This document shows positions 38,484-48,975 of a stretch of 62,683 bases of DNA, in pieces. Both the position numbers and the translations under genes were made by a program. The notes beneath the pieces are model-generated. The model worked only from the letters and a program-made list of their open reading frames with translations, was not told the origin of the DNA and ran no database searches. This DNA is from Bacteroidales bacterium (GTDB lineage Bacteria > Bacteroidota > Bacteroidia > Bacteroidales > Cfx3-03). Positions within the stretch are counted from its first letter, which is position 1. The number at the start of each line of letters is the position of its first letter. The stretch lies in contig JAHEYR010000001.1 of NCBI GenBank assembly GCA_023251485.1, positions 1 through 62,683 of the forward strand, in the 5' to 3' direction.

Positions 38484-38952
38484 GAATGAGTACAACTGCT
38501 TGTGCAGCTATCCCTTCTTCACGACCGGTAAAACCAAGTTTCTCAGTAGTCGTCGCTTTTATTGAAATATCGTCAATGTCAATCTCCATCACCTTAGCCA
38601 GCGTCTCTCTCATTGTATCGATATACGGCTTCACTTTTGGCTTTTGCAAAATGATGATACTATCTATATTACAGATAGCGTATCCTTTTTCTTTTAATAA
38701 TTCAACGACGCGCTTTAGCAGAATTTTACTATCAATACCTTTGAAATCAGACGATGTATCCGGAAAGTGATAGCCGATATCACGAAGATTGGCAGCACCC
38801 AATAACGCGTCGCAGATGGCATGAATCAAGACATCTGCATCTGAATGCCCCACCGATCCTTTGGTGTGATCAATTTTTATCCCGCCAAGCCAGAAATCTA
38901 TTCCTTCGGCAAGTTGGTGTACATCATAACCCGTACCTACTCGTATTTTCAT
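38476..38952 (-). CDS. ispF: 2-C-methyl-D-erythritol 2,4-cyclodiphosphate synthase
   Basis: MKIRVGTGYDVHQL..GHSDADVLIHAICDALLGA is canonical IspF. The track ORF is extended by an upstream TTG. Confidence 0.95.
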   Translation of the reverse strand: MKIRVGTGYDVHQLAEGIDFWLGGIKIDHTKGSVGHSDADVLIHAICDALLGAANLRDIGYHFPDTSSDFKGIDSKILLKRVVELLKEKGYAICNIDSIIILQKPKVKPYIDTMRETLAKVMEIDIDDISIKATTTEKLGFTGREEGIAAQAVVLIQK

Positions 38953-39084
38953 GAAAATGTAAATCTTAAATATATACCTTAGCGTCCTTAGCACAACCTT
39001 GGTGCATTTAGCGAAAAGCAAATTCAATCAATAAGAACACTACGGTTTTATTGAAATACTAAGGATTCGTATTAAATTATAGTC

Positions 39085-40320
39085 TTACTTCCTTTCGTCT
39101 GATGGTTGCACCAGGGCATCGAAATCAAGAATCATAGAAAAACGCAATGTGTTTTCTAATGGATTGTGTTGTTCTGTTGGAATCAGGTAAGAAAGATCCA
39201 GCTTGAACTTGGTATATTTCAGTCCTGCTCCCATGGTATAATACTTACGATTTCCTTTCGTTGGATGCTCATAGAAATATCCTGCACGAACAGCAAACTG
39301 TTTATTATACCAGTATTCAGCACCTAAAGAGAGCGTTACTTCTCTGATTTCTTCTTTCATCCCACCCGGAGCATCATAAAATGACTGTAATATACCGGCT
39401 GTAACAGAAACATCAGGATTCATTCCTTTGTCGATTATATATTTTCCATCTACCCCAACTTCAGGCTGGTTGGTTGTAGCATTGATTTTGTAGATAGGAG
39501 GGGTCGGTACCAATAACTTATTGAAGTCGGCCATGAACGTTAATGAGTTGTACTGGTCCAGATTGAACGCAAGGCTAGGGCCGATACGCAAATTGGTTGG
39601 GATGAAGTCTTTACGTGTGTTGTCATCGGTATAAGATATCTTAGAACCGATATTCGAGATGTTTACGCCCCATGAAAAGAGTGCATCGGTATTGAAAACA
39701 GTGACTTTATGTTGCGAATAAATAGAAACGTCGGCAGCAATAGAGTTACCCGGTTTGGTAGTTTGTCCGCCTACATCCTGACCTTGTGTAAGATTTGAAT
39801 GGATGTAACGTGCCGTAATCGCTCCCGAAAGGGTTTCTGATAGTTTGCGTGAATAAGAGAAGTCAAGTGCGAATTCATTTGGGCGATAATTACCAATGGT
39901 CTGGCCTGTGATTTCAGTAAATACGATATCTCCTAATGAGAAATAAAGTAATGAAGCTGCGATAGCAGATTTGTCATCTAGTTTTTTATATCCGGTGACA
40001 TATGCAAGGTTGATATCGCTTACTAATTTACGCATCCACGGACTATACGATAGAGAGAATCCCATATCGCTATCGATAAATGCATATTTGGCAGGATTCC
40101 AGTGTTGAGAGAAAGCATCAGGCGTAGAACTAACACCGGCATCACCCATTGCGCCAGCTCGGGCATCGGGGGCTATCATCAAAAATGGCACAGCAGTAGT
40201 AACAGTATTCAACGGATCTTGTCCGATATAATTCGGCTTATTTTGAGCAGAAGCCAATCCGAAGAAACCGAACAGGGCTATGATGAACAGCAGATTCTTG
40301 AGCATAAAAGAAGAGTGCAT
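39085..40320 (-). CDS. porV: Type IX secretion outer-membrane protein PorV (LptO)
   Basis: Signal peptide, TTAVPFLMIAPDARAGAMGDAGVS (PorV N-terminal signature), and a FadL-like barrel. It lies immediately downstream of porU. Confidence 0.88.
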   Translation of the reverse strand: MHSSFMLKNLLFIIALFGFFGLASAQNKPNYIGQDPLNTVTTAVPFLMIAPDARAGAMGDAGVSSTPDAFSQHWNPAKYAFIDSDMGFSLSYSPWMRKLVSDINLAYVTGYKKLDDKSAIAASLLYFSLGDIVFTEITGQTIGNYRPNEFALDFSYSRKLSETLSGAITARYIHSNLTQGQDVGGQTTKPGNSIAADVSIYSQHKVTVFNTDALFSWGVNISNIGSKISYTDDNTRKDFIPTNLRIGPSLAFNLDQYNSLTFMADFNKLLVPTPPIYKINATTNQPEVGVDGKYIIDKGMNPDVSVTAGILQSFYDAPGGMKEEIREVTLSLGAEYWYNKQFAVRAGYFYEHPTKGNRKYYTMGAGLKYTKFKLDLSYLIPTEQHNPLENTLRFSMILDFDALVQPSDERK

Positions 40321-40347
40321 AACTTTTTTATGTATTAGTAATAGTTA

Positions 40348-40355
40348 CAAATGTA
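40348..40355 (-). promoter_or_regulatory. Bacteroidetes -7 promoter element (TAcaTTTG) upstream of porV
   Basis: The minus strand reads tacatttg about 28 nt upstream of the porV ATG, inside the 90-nt porU-porV gap. Confidence 0.4.
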
Positions 40356-40410
40356 TAAAAATCATCTTTAGGAAAACGAAATATTTGTATTGTTATTGCA
40401 GTAAATTCGA

Positions 40411-43400
40411 TTAGTTCGCAATGACGACTTTACCATTTCGTGTTGAAGTAATTCCATTCTCACTTTGGAGTAAAACCTGGAAAATATAGAGCCCTGAACC
40501 TAGTTTTTGCCCCTTCGCCGTTGTTCCATCCCAGTAAAATGGTCCTACTATCCCTTCATCGGTGGTGGAGTTTGCCGTTAAAATCCGGATGAGATTCCCT
40601 TGCGGATTATAAATTCGGACTTCTGCTTTGACGATCTTGCCTGATTGGTTGTGTCGAATGGTAAAGGTTGTACTCGTACTAAAAGGATTTGGCCACACCA
40701 TTATTTCACTGGTTTCAAGATTTGCTTCGTCTCTTACTTTAAACAATAGCTCTGATGTTGAAGAGTTATTCATCACATCCCAGACCTTGAATTTTATTTT
40801 ATGATCTCCGGGTAAAAGATTGAAGAACGGGTATGCTAACGTCCCGCTTTTATAGTTGTTTTTTGTGGCTTCAAAATAATCGTTTAAGATAATCGTATGA
40901 TCTGTTTTGTCATCAATAACAGCCGTGATATCATGTCCAATTCCCGTTCCCAGCGTGTTGATTCCGCTCTCATCATTAATAAATGCCAATAAAGAGGGGC
41001 TGGTTCCCGTTAAGCCTCCTTGTCTGAATAGGGTGTCGTTAAGAAATAGCTTTACGACCGGTCCCGCCTTATCGGTTACGGGTGTGTCAGAAAAGCCTCC
41101 TATCACAGGTCTGGTCTCGCTGCCTGTCGCGTCATCAGTGCCATTTGTTGCATAGTAACTGAATTTGCCATTATCAAAACGAAGGGCAATATCTTTAGGA
41201 ACGATAAATGAAAACGCAAAAGCCCCATCCACCACATCGGCTTTACCTTTATAAATAAGGTTTTTCTGTAACCAGAAACTATAAACCGGCTCTCCATCAT
41301 TTCCAAGCGTATTAACCAGTGAAGGCTTATCATAGATAGAAGGATAGAGGGTTCCGTTGAAAGTAGCCTTCGGTGCACCATTATCATCCGCAATAAAGCC
41401 TTTGACCGTGACTTTTGATAACGCTTTTAGCGTATCCGTTCCGGGGACTTTGTCATTGATCGTCGATGTGATCACTCGATATTTAGGGAAAGCCAGCTGC
41501 ATTGAGGGGTCGCCTAGCAACACAAACTTCTGGGTATTATTGGTGTTGCTGTTTTCGAGCTTAGCCAATCTCAGTACGTCGCCCAAGCGAAGATATTTTC
41601 CTGAAGAAGTTACCCAATTCTTGAGAAGACTTTTGTTGAGCGAGAGGTTTGGTGAGCCGAAAGTGAGACGGATGGTTGAAAAGAGTGCCGAAGCCCCTCC
41701 TGTTGGATTTAAGAGAATCTGCTCGCCGGCTGAAGAGACTTGAGGATTATCGAACCGACTAAATTCACACGTAGCCGTAATAAATACCGGAAGATTATTA
41801 AACGATTTCCATTTGGCAATATCGTTTAGTGTTAACACCTGTTCTTGAGCCCAACCAGCTTCACCGCCATGTCCGGTATAGTTGATAATCAGTGTGCCTT
41901 TATTAATTCGCTGGTCGATAGCTTCATTAACCAACGGATAGGTCTTTCCTGCGGCAGCTGATACTTCAGGAAAAGCATCCAGATATATTTTATCAATATT
42001 TAAGGAAGTACTTAGACTGCTTACCTGGTTTGCCAGATCCTCTGCCTGATCCATAAAAACATTATACTCCTTGTCATCGGCAACAAAACAGATGCTGTTT
42101 CTCCAATCACCATTGACAAGTGGACTATTTGTCGAGTAGTAAATGATTTTCTCTACCACTCCGGTCGCTTCCTCAGCCGTTTTCACAGGTAAGCGCCCAA
42201 TGCCAATATCAATATTGTCGTTGATGCTGTTTCCTTCCCCGTTGTCAAGAAAACCAAAGTAATCATCAGTGGCGTAAGAAACAATCGGACTCAATGAATT
42301 GGCCGATTCGTAAGTTGGAATGAAGTTTGTGTTTTGAGCTATCCTGCTTTTATAATCATAAGAACCATCGCCAATTAGCAGTAAGTATTTAAACTTTCGA
42401 TTGGCCGCTCCCTTGTCATACAATCGCTTACAGAAGTATCGGATGGCAGAAAGATCTTGTGCTCCCGACGAAAATTCATTGTATATGGCGTCGGTGGTGG
42501 CTACTAAAACCTTTAACCCATCATGGATTGATCTGAAATCGGCCAATCTATTGGCTGCATCGATGAAGAGTGGATTCGTTACAATTAGCAGATCGGGGAC
42601 ATCAGCCCCATGTAAATCCTGATTTGAGATAGCACCTATCACATCGGGTGTTAAAAACGAGGTATTGTCAAATGCGGTGAAGCTACGAAGCGTGTCTGCA
42701 GAAAGCTTGAACGATAAATCTTGTCCTGAAACGGTAGCGTTTATCTTCACAGGATGCAACGGATCGGTCACCTCCCATACCGAAGCCATCGCTCCACTCT
42801 TCAGGTTGAACTGTGCAACGTTCTGTGTCCCTTGCGAAAGGATATCTGTAAATGGGAACTGTCCGCTTTTGAAGATTAACTTTCGGCGGAGGTTGATCTC
42901 GATGAACTCAATCCATGCCGTTCCGACATCCGACGTCTTCGGATAGCTGAGGTTCAGATCGAACTTTGAAGCAGGCTGTTGAAAACTAAATACTCCTGTG
43001 CCCATTGCCGCAAAGTCGTTAGTGTAATCACTCAATGAAATGGGGGCTATGTTCAGCTGCTGTTGCTGACTGCCATTTTTCAAGATGATAGAACTCAGAT
43101 TTGACGATCGGGCAGCGGCATTGATCTTTATCTGTGCAGGCGTGGTTTCATCGACATTGTCAAATTGAAAGCTGATCGTTGGTGTTTGTCCATTGAGTAA
43201 CTCTTTGCCAAACCATTGTCGACCCGATTGTATCAAATTCAGTTCATCCTTTTCATAAAAGGAAAAGTCGTTAAACGTATTTATCTGATGTGTCGCAGCT
43301 GCTGTCGCCTGATCTTTGCTTTTTATTCGTATCCCGGGACCGTTATCGACTGTCAGAAAATAAAAAGTCTGATCACTATAGAGGTTTTTTTTATGAATAA

Positions 43401-43800
43401 ACAGCTGTTGTCCGTCAAAACTCCAGGTGTCGGGAGCCGTTGCGTAAAAAAGAATGTAATCCGTTGCATCAAAATGTCCGTCCGCTTCACCTTCAACCCA
43501 TATTCTGTTTTCTACCAAATCGTCATTGAAAGGGTAGCCCAAAATCTCGGGCAACATTCCTCCTCCATTTCCGAATAGTCTTATATTCGAAGGGTTGATC
43601 GATGCAGGATTGATGCCCATCTTCTGAAGATCGCTATATGTAATCTTGTATATTCCAGTCGTTTTGATGGCCAACTTTACCCATTTTCCATTTGCTAGTA
43701 CAGAATGTACAACGTTACCCTGCACCAATGGTTTTGCTTCAGCCAACAGTTGGAAGGCTAAAATCAAAGTCATGAACAGGCTTAACTTTCGAAGGCTCAT
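40411..43800 (-). CDS. porU: Type IX secretion C-terminal signal peptidase/sortase PorU (peptidase C25-like)
   Basis: An 1129-aa protein with a signal peptide and a gingipain-like C25 region (YLLLIGDGSYDYK, INYTGHGG, ITATCEF). It has a C-terminal Ig-like T9SS sorting domain and is adjacent to porV. Confidence 0.88.
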   Translation of the reverse strand: MSLRKLSLFMTLILAFQLLAEAKPLVQGNVVHSVLANGKWVKLAIKTTGIYKITYSDLQKMGINPASINPSNIRLFGNGGGMLPEILGYPFNDDLVENRIWVEGEADGHFDATDYILFYATAPDTWSFDGQQLFIHKKNLYSDQTFYFLTVDNGPGIRIKSKDQATAAATHQINTFNDFSFYEKDELNLIQSGRQWFGKELLNGQTPTISFQFDNVDETTPAQIKINAAARSSNLSSIILKNGSQQQQLNIAPISLSDYTNDFAAMGTGVFSFQQPASKFDLNLSYPKTSDVGTAWIEFIEINLRRKLIFKSGQFPFTDILSQGTQNVAQFNLKSGAMASVWEVTDPLHPVKINATVSGQDLSFKLSADTLRSFTAFDNTSFLTPDVIGAISNQDLHGADVPDLLIVTNPLFIDAANRLADFRSIHDGLKVLVATTDAIYNEFSSGAQDLSAIRYFCKRLYDKGAANRKFKYLLLIGDGSYDYKSRIAQNTNFIPTYESANSLSPIVSYATDDYFGFLDNGEGNSINDNIDIGIGRLPVKTAEEATGVVEKIIYYSTNSPLVNGDWRNSICFVADDKEYNVFMDQAEDLANQVSSLSTSLNIDKIYLDAFPEVSAAAGKTYPLVNEAIDQRINKGTLIINYTGHGGEAGWAQEQVLTLNDIAKWKSFNNLPVFITATCEFSRFDNPQVSSAGEQILLNPTGGASALFSTIRLTFGSPNLSLNKSLLKNWVTSSGKYLRLGDVLRLAKLENSNTNNTQKFVLLGDPSMQLAFPKYRVITSTINDKVPGTDTLKALSKVTVKGFIADDNGAPKATFNGTLYPSIYDKPSLVNTLGNDGEPVYSFWLQKNLIYKGKADVVDGAFAFSFIVPKDIALRFDNGKFSYYATNGTDDATGSETRPVIGGFSDTPVTDKAGPVVKLFLNDTLFRQGGLTGTSPSLLAFINDESGINTLGTGIGHDITAVIDDKTDHTIILNDYFEATKNNYKSGTLAYPFFNLLPGDHKIKFKVWDVMNNSSTSELLFKVRDEANLETSEIMVWPNPFSTSTTFTIRHNQSGKIVKAEVRIYNPQGNLIRILTANSTTDEGIVGPFYWDGTTAKGQKLGSGLYIFQVLLQSENGITSTRNGKVVIAN

Positions 43801-44052
43801 CAGGGTAAGTTTTATGCAAAAATAACCATCCGGTGCGATATTTTACCTCACTATCAAAATCCTTTTGAATAATAGTGAAATTCTGATTTATGATTTTTTA
43901 ATTTAACTAGTCTATCGCAAGTTTTTTTTGTAATATTGTTGCCTAATAACAACTCAAAACGTTTATTGATCAAAAAAAGGATATTTAATATTCTTTTTTG
44001 AATAATAATGGATTTTTGCGGACGTTATAAATATGATTGAGAGGTTTTTAAT

Positions 44053-45564
44053 ATGTTTTGCGAAATGATAAAGAAACTTAATCTTTTCTACGGAATTGCT
44101 TTTTTTGCCGCCTTGTTAGTTATCGCCTCGTGCGGAAGTCGTGGTAAAAAAAGTGTATCTTCAACTACCGGTTGGAAATATAATGACCCCAAGAATGGTG
44201 GTTTTGAAGTGCGACCTTTCCTCGAACAACAAAGAGGACCCGGTTTGGTTCTGATCGAAGGTGGTACATTTACCATGGGGCAGACGAATGATAATCCTGC
44301 TGCGGAAAAAGATAACACTCCACGAAGAGTTACGATTCCTTCATTTTATATGGATCAAACTGAGGTGCGCAATATAGACTATGTTGAATATCTTTACTGG
44401 TTGCAAAGGGTCTTTGGAGCCAATTATCCTCAGGTGTACCGTAAAGCATTGCCTGATACACTTGTATGGCGCGAAAAGTTAGCCTATAACGAGCCAATGG
44501 TTGAAGAGTATTTACGTCATGCCGCTTATCGCAATTATCCTGTTGTTGGAGTAAGCTGGACTCAGGCCAATGAGTATTGCTTATGGCGTACTGATCGTGT
44601 GAACGAAGATATCCTGATCAAAAAACAGTTTCTGAAACCTGATACCAAACAACAAGATGATAACAATTTCAACACCGAAGCTTATTTAGCCGGACAATAT
44701 ATTGGCAATGTAAACAAATCAATGCCATCGTTGAATCCTAATAATACAAGCAATAACGGAAAACGTCAGGTTCAGATTGAAGACGGTGTCTTATTGCCAA
44801 AATACAGGCTCCCAACCGAAGCGGAATGGGAATATGCAGCTGTCGGATTAATTGGTAATACCAAAAAGGAGCAAGTCAACCAACGTAGAATATATCCTTG
44901 GAATGGATCGCAATTGAGATCAGAATCCAAAAGAGCATACGGACAGTTAAATTCAAACTTTAAGCGTGGACGTGGAGATTATATGGGTGTCGCCGGTAAC
45001 TTAAATGACGGTGCAGCTATTCCCGCAGCTGTTGATGCATATCCACCAAACGATGTAGGTCTTTACAATATGGCAGGCAACGTAGCAGAGTGGGTACAGG
45101 ATGTTTACCGTCCGCTGTCACATCAGGATGTATCAGACCTGAGTCCTTTCCGTGGTAATGTATTTCAGGATAAAGTATTTGATCCTTCTACCGGACAGCC
45201 TGCATTGAAAGACAGTTTGGGTCGTATGCGAACAAAACCTGTTCAGAATAATGCAAACCGGTTGAATTACAGATCGGCCAATCAGGTGAATTACAAGGAT
45301 GGAGACTTCGCTTCAACGGTTCAATCCGATTGGAAAACTAAGCCAAGTATTGACAATACAACGGGCCTGATGTATGATTCAACGTCGTTGATTACTGATA
45401 AATCCAGGGTTTATAAGGGTGGGTCATGGAAAGATCCTGCATACTTCCTGAGTCCTGCTACCCGCAGATTCCTTGATCAGGATCAGGCAACCGATTTTAT
45501 CGGATTCAGATGCGCAATGGTACGTACCGGATCGTCAGAACAAAAGGGAAGAAAAAGAAAATAA
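44053..45564 (+). CDS. gldJ: Gliding-motility/T9SS lipoprotein GldJ (SUMF1/FGE-fold)
   Basis: Lipoprotein signal LLVIASCGS, SSTTGWKYNDPKNGGFE, and FGE-sulfatase-like blocks (RLPTEAEWEYAA, GNVAEWV, GFRCA). The start is ATG 44053 or 44065. Confidence 0.85.
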   Translation: MFCEMIKKLNLFYGIAFFAALLVIASCGSRGKKSVSSTTGWKYNDPKNGGFEVRPFLEQQRGPGLVLIEGGTFTMGQTNDNPAAEKDNTPRRVTIPSFYMDQTEVRNIDYVEYLYWLQRVFGANYPQVYRKALPDTLVWREKLAYNEPMVEEYLRHAAYRNYPVVGVSWTQANEYCLWRTDRVNEDILIKKQFLKPDTKQQDDNNFNTEAYLAGQYIGNVNKSMPSLNPNNTSNNGKRQVQIEDGVLLPKYRLPTEAEWEYAAVGLIGNTKKEQVNQRRIYPWNGSQLRSESKRAYGQLNSNFKRGRGDYMGVAGNLNDGAAIPAAVDAYPPNDVGLYNMAGNVAEWVQDVYRPLSHQDVSDLSPFRGNVFQDKVFDPSTGQPALKDSLGRMRTKPVQNNANRLNYRSANQVNYKDGDFASTVQSDWKTKPSIDNTTGLMYDSTSLITDKSRVYKGGSWKDPAYFLSPATRRFLDQDQATDFIGFRCAMVRTGSSEQKGRKRK

Positions 45565-45583
45565 ATTTATTTTAATAAGCTTT

Positions 45584-45620
45584 AGCCCATCTCTAACTTT
45601 TTAGGGATGGGCTGATTTTT
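45584..45620 (+). terminator. Terminator hairpin between gldJ and murF
   Basis: agcccatc / gatgggct stem, extendable with G:U pairs, followed by gattttt. Confidence 0.6.
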
Positions 45621-45627
45621 GATAGCC

Positions 45628-46929
45628 ATGGACAGAATTGAAGAACTATATAACTGGTTTAAACAATATCCGCTTATAAGTACCGATTCGAGAGAGATAA
45701 AGCACGATAGCTTGTTTTTTGCATTGAAGGGTGAATCGTTTGATGGGAATAAATATGCTGCAGCAGCTTTAGAAACGGGAGCAGTACTTGCTGTCGTCGA
45801 CGATCCTACTGTTGCTGTTGATCATCGTTATTTTCTCGTCGAAGATGTGTTGACTACGCTACAGAATCTGGCAAGGTATCATCGTACACAATTTACCTGC
45901 CCGGTTATCGGTATTACCGGTACCAATGGTAAAACTACTACGAAGGAGCTTGTCAATGCCGTGTTAAGTTCGCACTATCGTACCCATGCCACCCAGGGTA
46001 ATCTCAATAATCACATCGGCGTTCCGTTGACACTGCTTTCGGCCATGGTCGCCGAAGTAGATCTGCTCATCGTTGAGATGGGAGCGAACCATCAGGGTGA
46101 GATTGCATTTCTTTGTGGCATCGCCAATCCAACGCACGGGTTGATTACCAATGTCGGGAAGGCCCACCTTGAGGGTTTTGGAGGCGAAAAGGGCGTCATC
46201 AAAGGAAAAACAGAACTCTACCGGCATTTGAAAGCTGTAAACGGTAAAGCCTTTGTTTGTATCCGTCAACCGGTGTTGCTTCAGCTGGCTTCCGAACTAG
46301 ACCCCGTGACATATGGTGAGTCTAATGATGCCAATTTCTCAGGTACAACCGTTTCATCTGATCCTTTTCTTATTGTCGATTGGAAAAGAGAGGGTGGCAG
46401 GCAGCCCGAATTGATTCATACACATCTGGTAGGTAGTTACAATATTGATAATGTGATGGCAGCCATCAGTGTAGGTTCATTTTTTGAAGTTCCTGCCGAT
46501 AAGATCGTTGCCGCCATCGAGTCATATGTCCCTTCGAATAATCGTTCGCAGGTAAAGCAAACCGATCACAACAAACTTTTTCTGGATGCCTATAATGCCA
46601 ATCCAAGCAGTATGGCGGTGGCACTCGAAAACTTTGCGTCTATGGATGTGCATCCCAAAGTCGTTATCCTGGGTGATATGTTTGAATTGGGTGATGAGAG
46701 TAAAGCAGAACATCAACAAATCGTCATTCAATTGTTGAAACACAACTTCAAAGATGTGATACTGATAGGTCCCAAATTTAGTGAAGTATCAGCGACAACC
46801 ACTTTCAGACGATTCGTTTCTACAAAAGAAGCACTTAGTTGGATGACATTATACCCATTTGATGGCAAGTGTATCCTCATAAAAGGTTCGCGAGGCATGA
46901 AGCTCGAGTCCTTGCTGCCTGTTTTATAA
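45628..46929 (+). CDS. murF: UDP-N-acetylmuramoyl-tripeptide--D-alanyl-D-alanine ligase
   Basis: GITGTNGKTTTKE P-loop and Mur-ligase domains. The first ATG is 45628. The track start at 45619 is a TTG inside the terminator T-run. Confidence 0.93.
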   Translation: MDRIEELYNWFKQYPLISTDSREIKHDSLFFALKGESFDGNKYAAAALETGAVLAVVDDPTVAVDHRYFLVEDVLTTLQNLARYHRTQFTCPVIGITGTNGKTTTKELVNAVLSSHYRTHATQGNLNNHIGVPLTLLSAMVAEVDLLIVEMGANHQGEIAFLCGIANPTHGLITNVGKAHLEGFGGEKGVIKGKTELYRHLKAVNGKAFVCIRQPVLLQLASELDPVTYGESNDANFSGTTVSSDPFLIVDWKREGGRQPELIHTHLVGSYNIDNVMAAISVGSFFEVPADKIVAAIESYVPSNNRSQVKQTDHNKLFLDAYNANPSSMAVALENFASMDVHPKVVILGDMFELGDESKAEHQQIVIQLLKHNFKDVILIGPKFSEVSATTTFRRFVSTKEALSWMTLYPFDGKCILIKGSRGMKLESLLPVL

Positions 46930-46958
46930 GTCTGTAATCCTGCAACACCATTGGATTG

Positions 46959-48044
46959 ATGAATAACCTGAATCCTGAAAAGAACGAATCCCGGTATAAC
47001 GTCATTGGCTTAATGTCGGGCACCTCATTGGATGGTGTCGATTTAGCTTACTGTACATTTTCGAAGACCGTTCACGGATGGAGTTATTTTATTGAAAAAG
47101 CAGCTACTTATCCCTATCCGGCGTCCTGGATTGCATTATTACCTACCTTATTAAAGGCAGACGCCTTTACCTATACCCGTGCAAATGTTGATTTAGGAAT
47201 GTATTTCGGACATCTGATTTCGTCATTTGTAAAAGAATACAATCTTATTCCCGATTTCGTAGCTTCGCATGGACATACTGTTTTTCATCAACCAGCGATT
47301 GGATTGACCACCCAAATAGGCAGTGGAGCAGCCATAGCTGCCGAGTGTGGATTACCAGTCGTCTGCGATTTCAGAAGTTCGGATGTAGCTTACCATGGAC
47401 AAGGAGCACCATTAGTCCCTATTGGTGACCGACTTCTTTTTAAAGATTATCGTTTTTGTTTGAATCTGGGGGGCTTTTCAAACGTCTCTTATCAAGATAA
47501 TGATCAAACTATTGCATTTGATGTATGTCCCGTTAACACGATACTCAATCGGTTTGCTCGCATGCAGGGTTTTGACTACGATAAAGGTGGCGCAATTGCC
47601 AGATCAGGTAAGATAGATGCTAAGCTATTAGCAGATCTGAATGATCTGGAATATTATAAGCAGGAGCCCCCAAAATCACTTGGTTTCGAGTGGTCTGATG
47701 AACATGTTTTACCGCTTATCAAAGACAGTAGCATATCAGTTCCCGACTTATTGTGCACATTTGTTGAACACGTAGCTGTTCAGATCTCCTTGGCCTTAGG
47801 CTCATTTCCTCCTGCCACTTTGTTGATCACAGGAGGAGGTGCAAAGAACACCTATCTCATCGAGCGTTTACGGGCATATACCCGCCACACCATCACGATA
47901 CCCTCACCAACCATCATAGACTATAAAGAAGCGCTTATATTTGCCTTTCTGGGTGTCCTGCGTATGCGTGGCGAGGCCAATTGTCTTTCATCTGTAACCG
48001 GAGCCACCAAAGATGCCATTGGCGGAGCCGTTTATTTGCCATAA
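46959..48044 (+). CDS. anmK: Anhydro-N-acetylmuramic acid kinase
   Basis: IGLMSGTSLDGVD N-terminal motif, ASKHA fold and GGGAKN motif. The ATG is at 46959. Confidence 0.92.
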   Translation: MNNLNPEKNESRYNVIGLMSGTSLDGVDLAYCTFSKTVHGWSYFIEKAATYPYPASWIALLPTLLKADAFTYTRANVDLGMYFGHLISSFVKEYNLIPDFVASHGHTVFHQPAIGLTTQIGSGAAIAAECGLPVVCDFRSSDVAYHGQGAPLVPIGDRLLFKDYRFCLNLGGFSNVSYQDNDQTIAFDVCPVNTILNRFARMQGFDYDKGGAIARSGKIDAKLLADLNDLEYYKQEPPKSLGFEWSDEHVLPLIKDSSISVPDLLCTFVEHVAVQISLALGSFPPATLLITGGGAKNTYLIERLRAYTRHTITIPSPTIIDYKEALIFAFLGVLRMRGEANCLSSVTGATKDAIGGAVYLP

Positions 48045-48210
48045 TCAGATAAAATTTCGGGTTGATTTTTGATATCCAATATCGGAAAATATTAATTTTG
48101 TAGTGCTTATTCGAAAAGCATTTTCAACCGGTTTTTTTACTGTCCCATTCATTTTTATTACCCTCCTCCGATGCTTCATCAATGACAGTTTGATGACAAA
48201 GAGATTATTT

Positions 48211-48335
48211 AAGTCTAAGCCTAACCTGACTCTAATCTTATCCTATTCTGACCTTATTCTGATTCTAATATAGTATTAGGAGTAAGTTAGGGAGAGTTAA
48301 GGATGTGAATAGCGTGACTTTAATGTTAGATTTAG
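48211..48335. repeat. Long imperfect inverted repeat (about 60-bp arms) with strand-asymmetric composition
   Basis: It is centred on ctaata-tag-tattag (48265-48279). My hand alignment without gaps gives 37 of 60 Watson-Crick pairs, plus 4 G:U pairs. The left arm has 5 G in 60 nt and the right arm has 2 C in 62 nt. Confidence 0.6.
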
Positions 48336-48516
48336 CTCATCCTTTCTGCATCTGAAAGTCATTCGTCCGATATCTGTGATTGATAGAAGGCTGTTTCTAA
48401 GATTTCCTTCTAAATTCTGATAGTGCTTTTCAAAAGCTATTTTTTGAACAGAAGCAGTTGTAAAATTACTATTTTTATAATCTGAAATCAATTAAATTTG
48501 TGTAAAAATCAAACAG

Positions 48517-48975
48517 ATGAAAGATTTGAAAACTATATCAGAAGGTGATAATTATGCAGCAATAGAATTAGGTGCATATGCAAATTTGATGGATCATTCA
48601 TTTTTACATCCAAAGCTAAATCTGGAAGTACAAGGAAAAGTCTTTACCGGTGAGGCTTTAAAAGCAACCGGAACGGAAATTTCGTTTCAGGTACTTCCTG
48701 CCAGAGCGGAGATCTCCTTTTTACATACGCACAAAACCCATGAGGAGATCTATGTATTTCTCAAAGGTTCAGGGCAATTTCAAGTCGACGGCAACATTAT
48801 TGATGTAAAAGAAGGAACGGTAATCAGAGTGTCACCAGAAGGGAAACGCGCATGGCGAAATAATTCCGATGAACCTCTGACATTTATGGTGATACAATCT
48901 AAAAGTGGGTCTTTAGAGTATTTTAATGTAGCAGATGGTTCGCGGGTTGAAGGAAAGATTAACTGGGAGAAGTAG
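48517..48975 (+). CDS. Cupin-domain protein
   Basis: FLHTHKTHEEIYVFLKGSGQF and GTVIRVSPEGKRAWRN correspond to cupin motifs 1 and 2. Confidence 0.8.
   Translation: MKDLKTISEGDNYAAIELGAYANLMDHSFLHPKLNLEVQGKVFTGEALKATGTEISFQVLPARAEISFLHTHKTHEEIYVFLKGSGQFQVDGNIIDVKEGTVIRVSPEGKRAWRNNSDEPLTFMVIQSKSGSLEYFNVADGSRVEGKINWEK

Noticed and set aside
48297-48491. 64-aa minus-strand ORF in the anmK-cupin spacer
   Set aside because: It overlaps the purine-rich arm of the long imperfect hairpin. It has no recognisable start context, no signal or domain, and runs against both neighbours.
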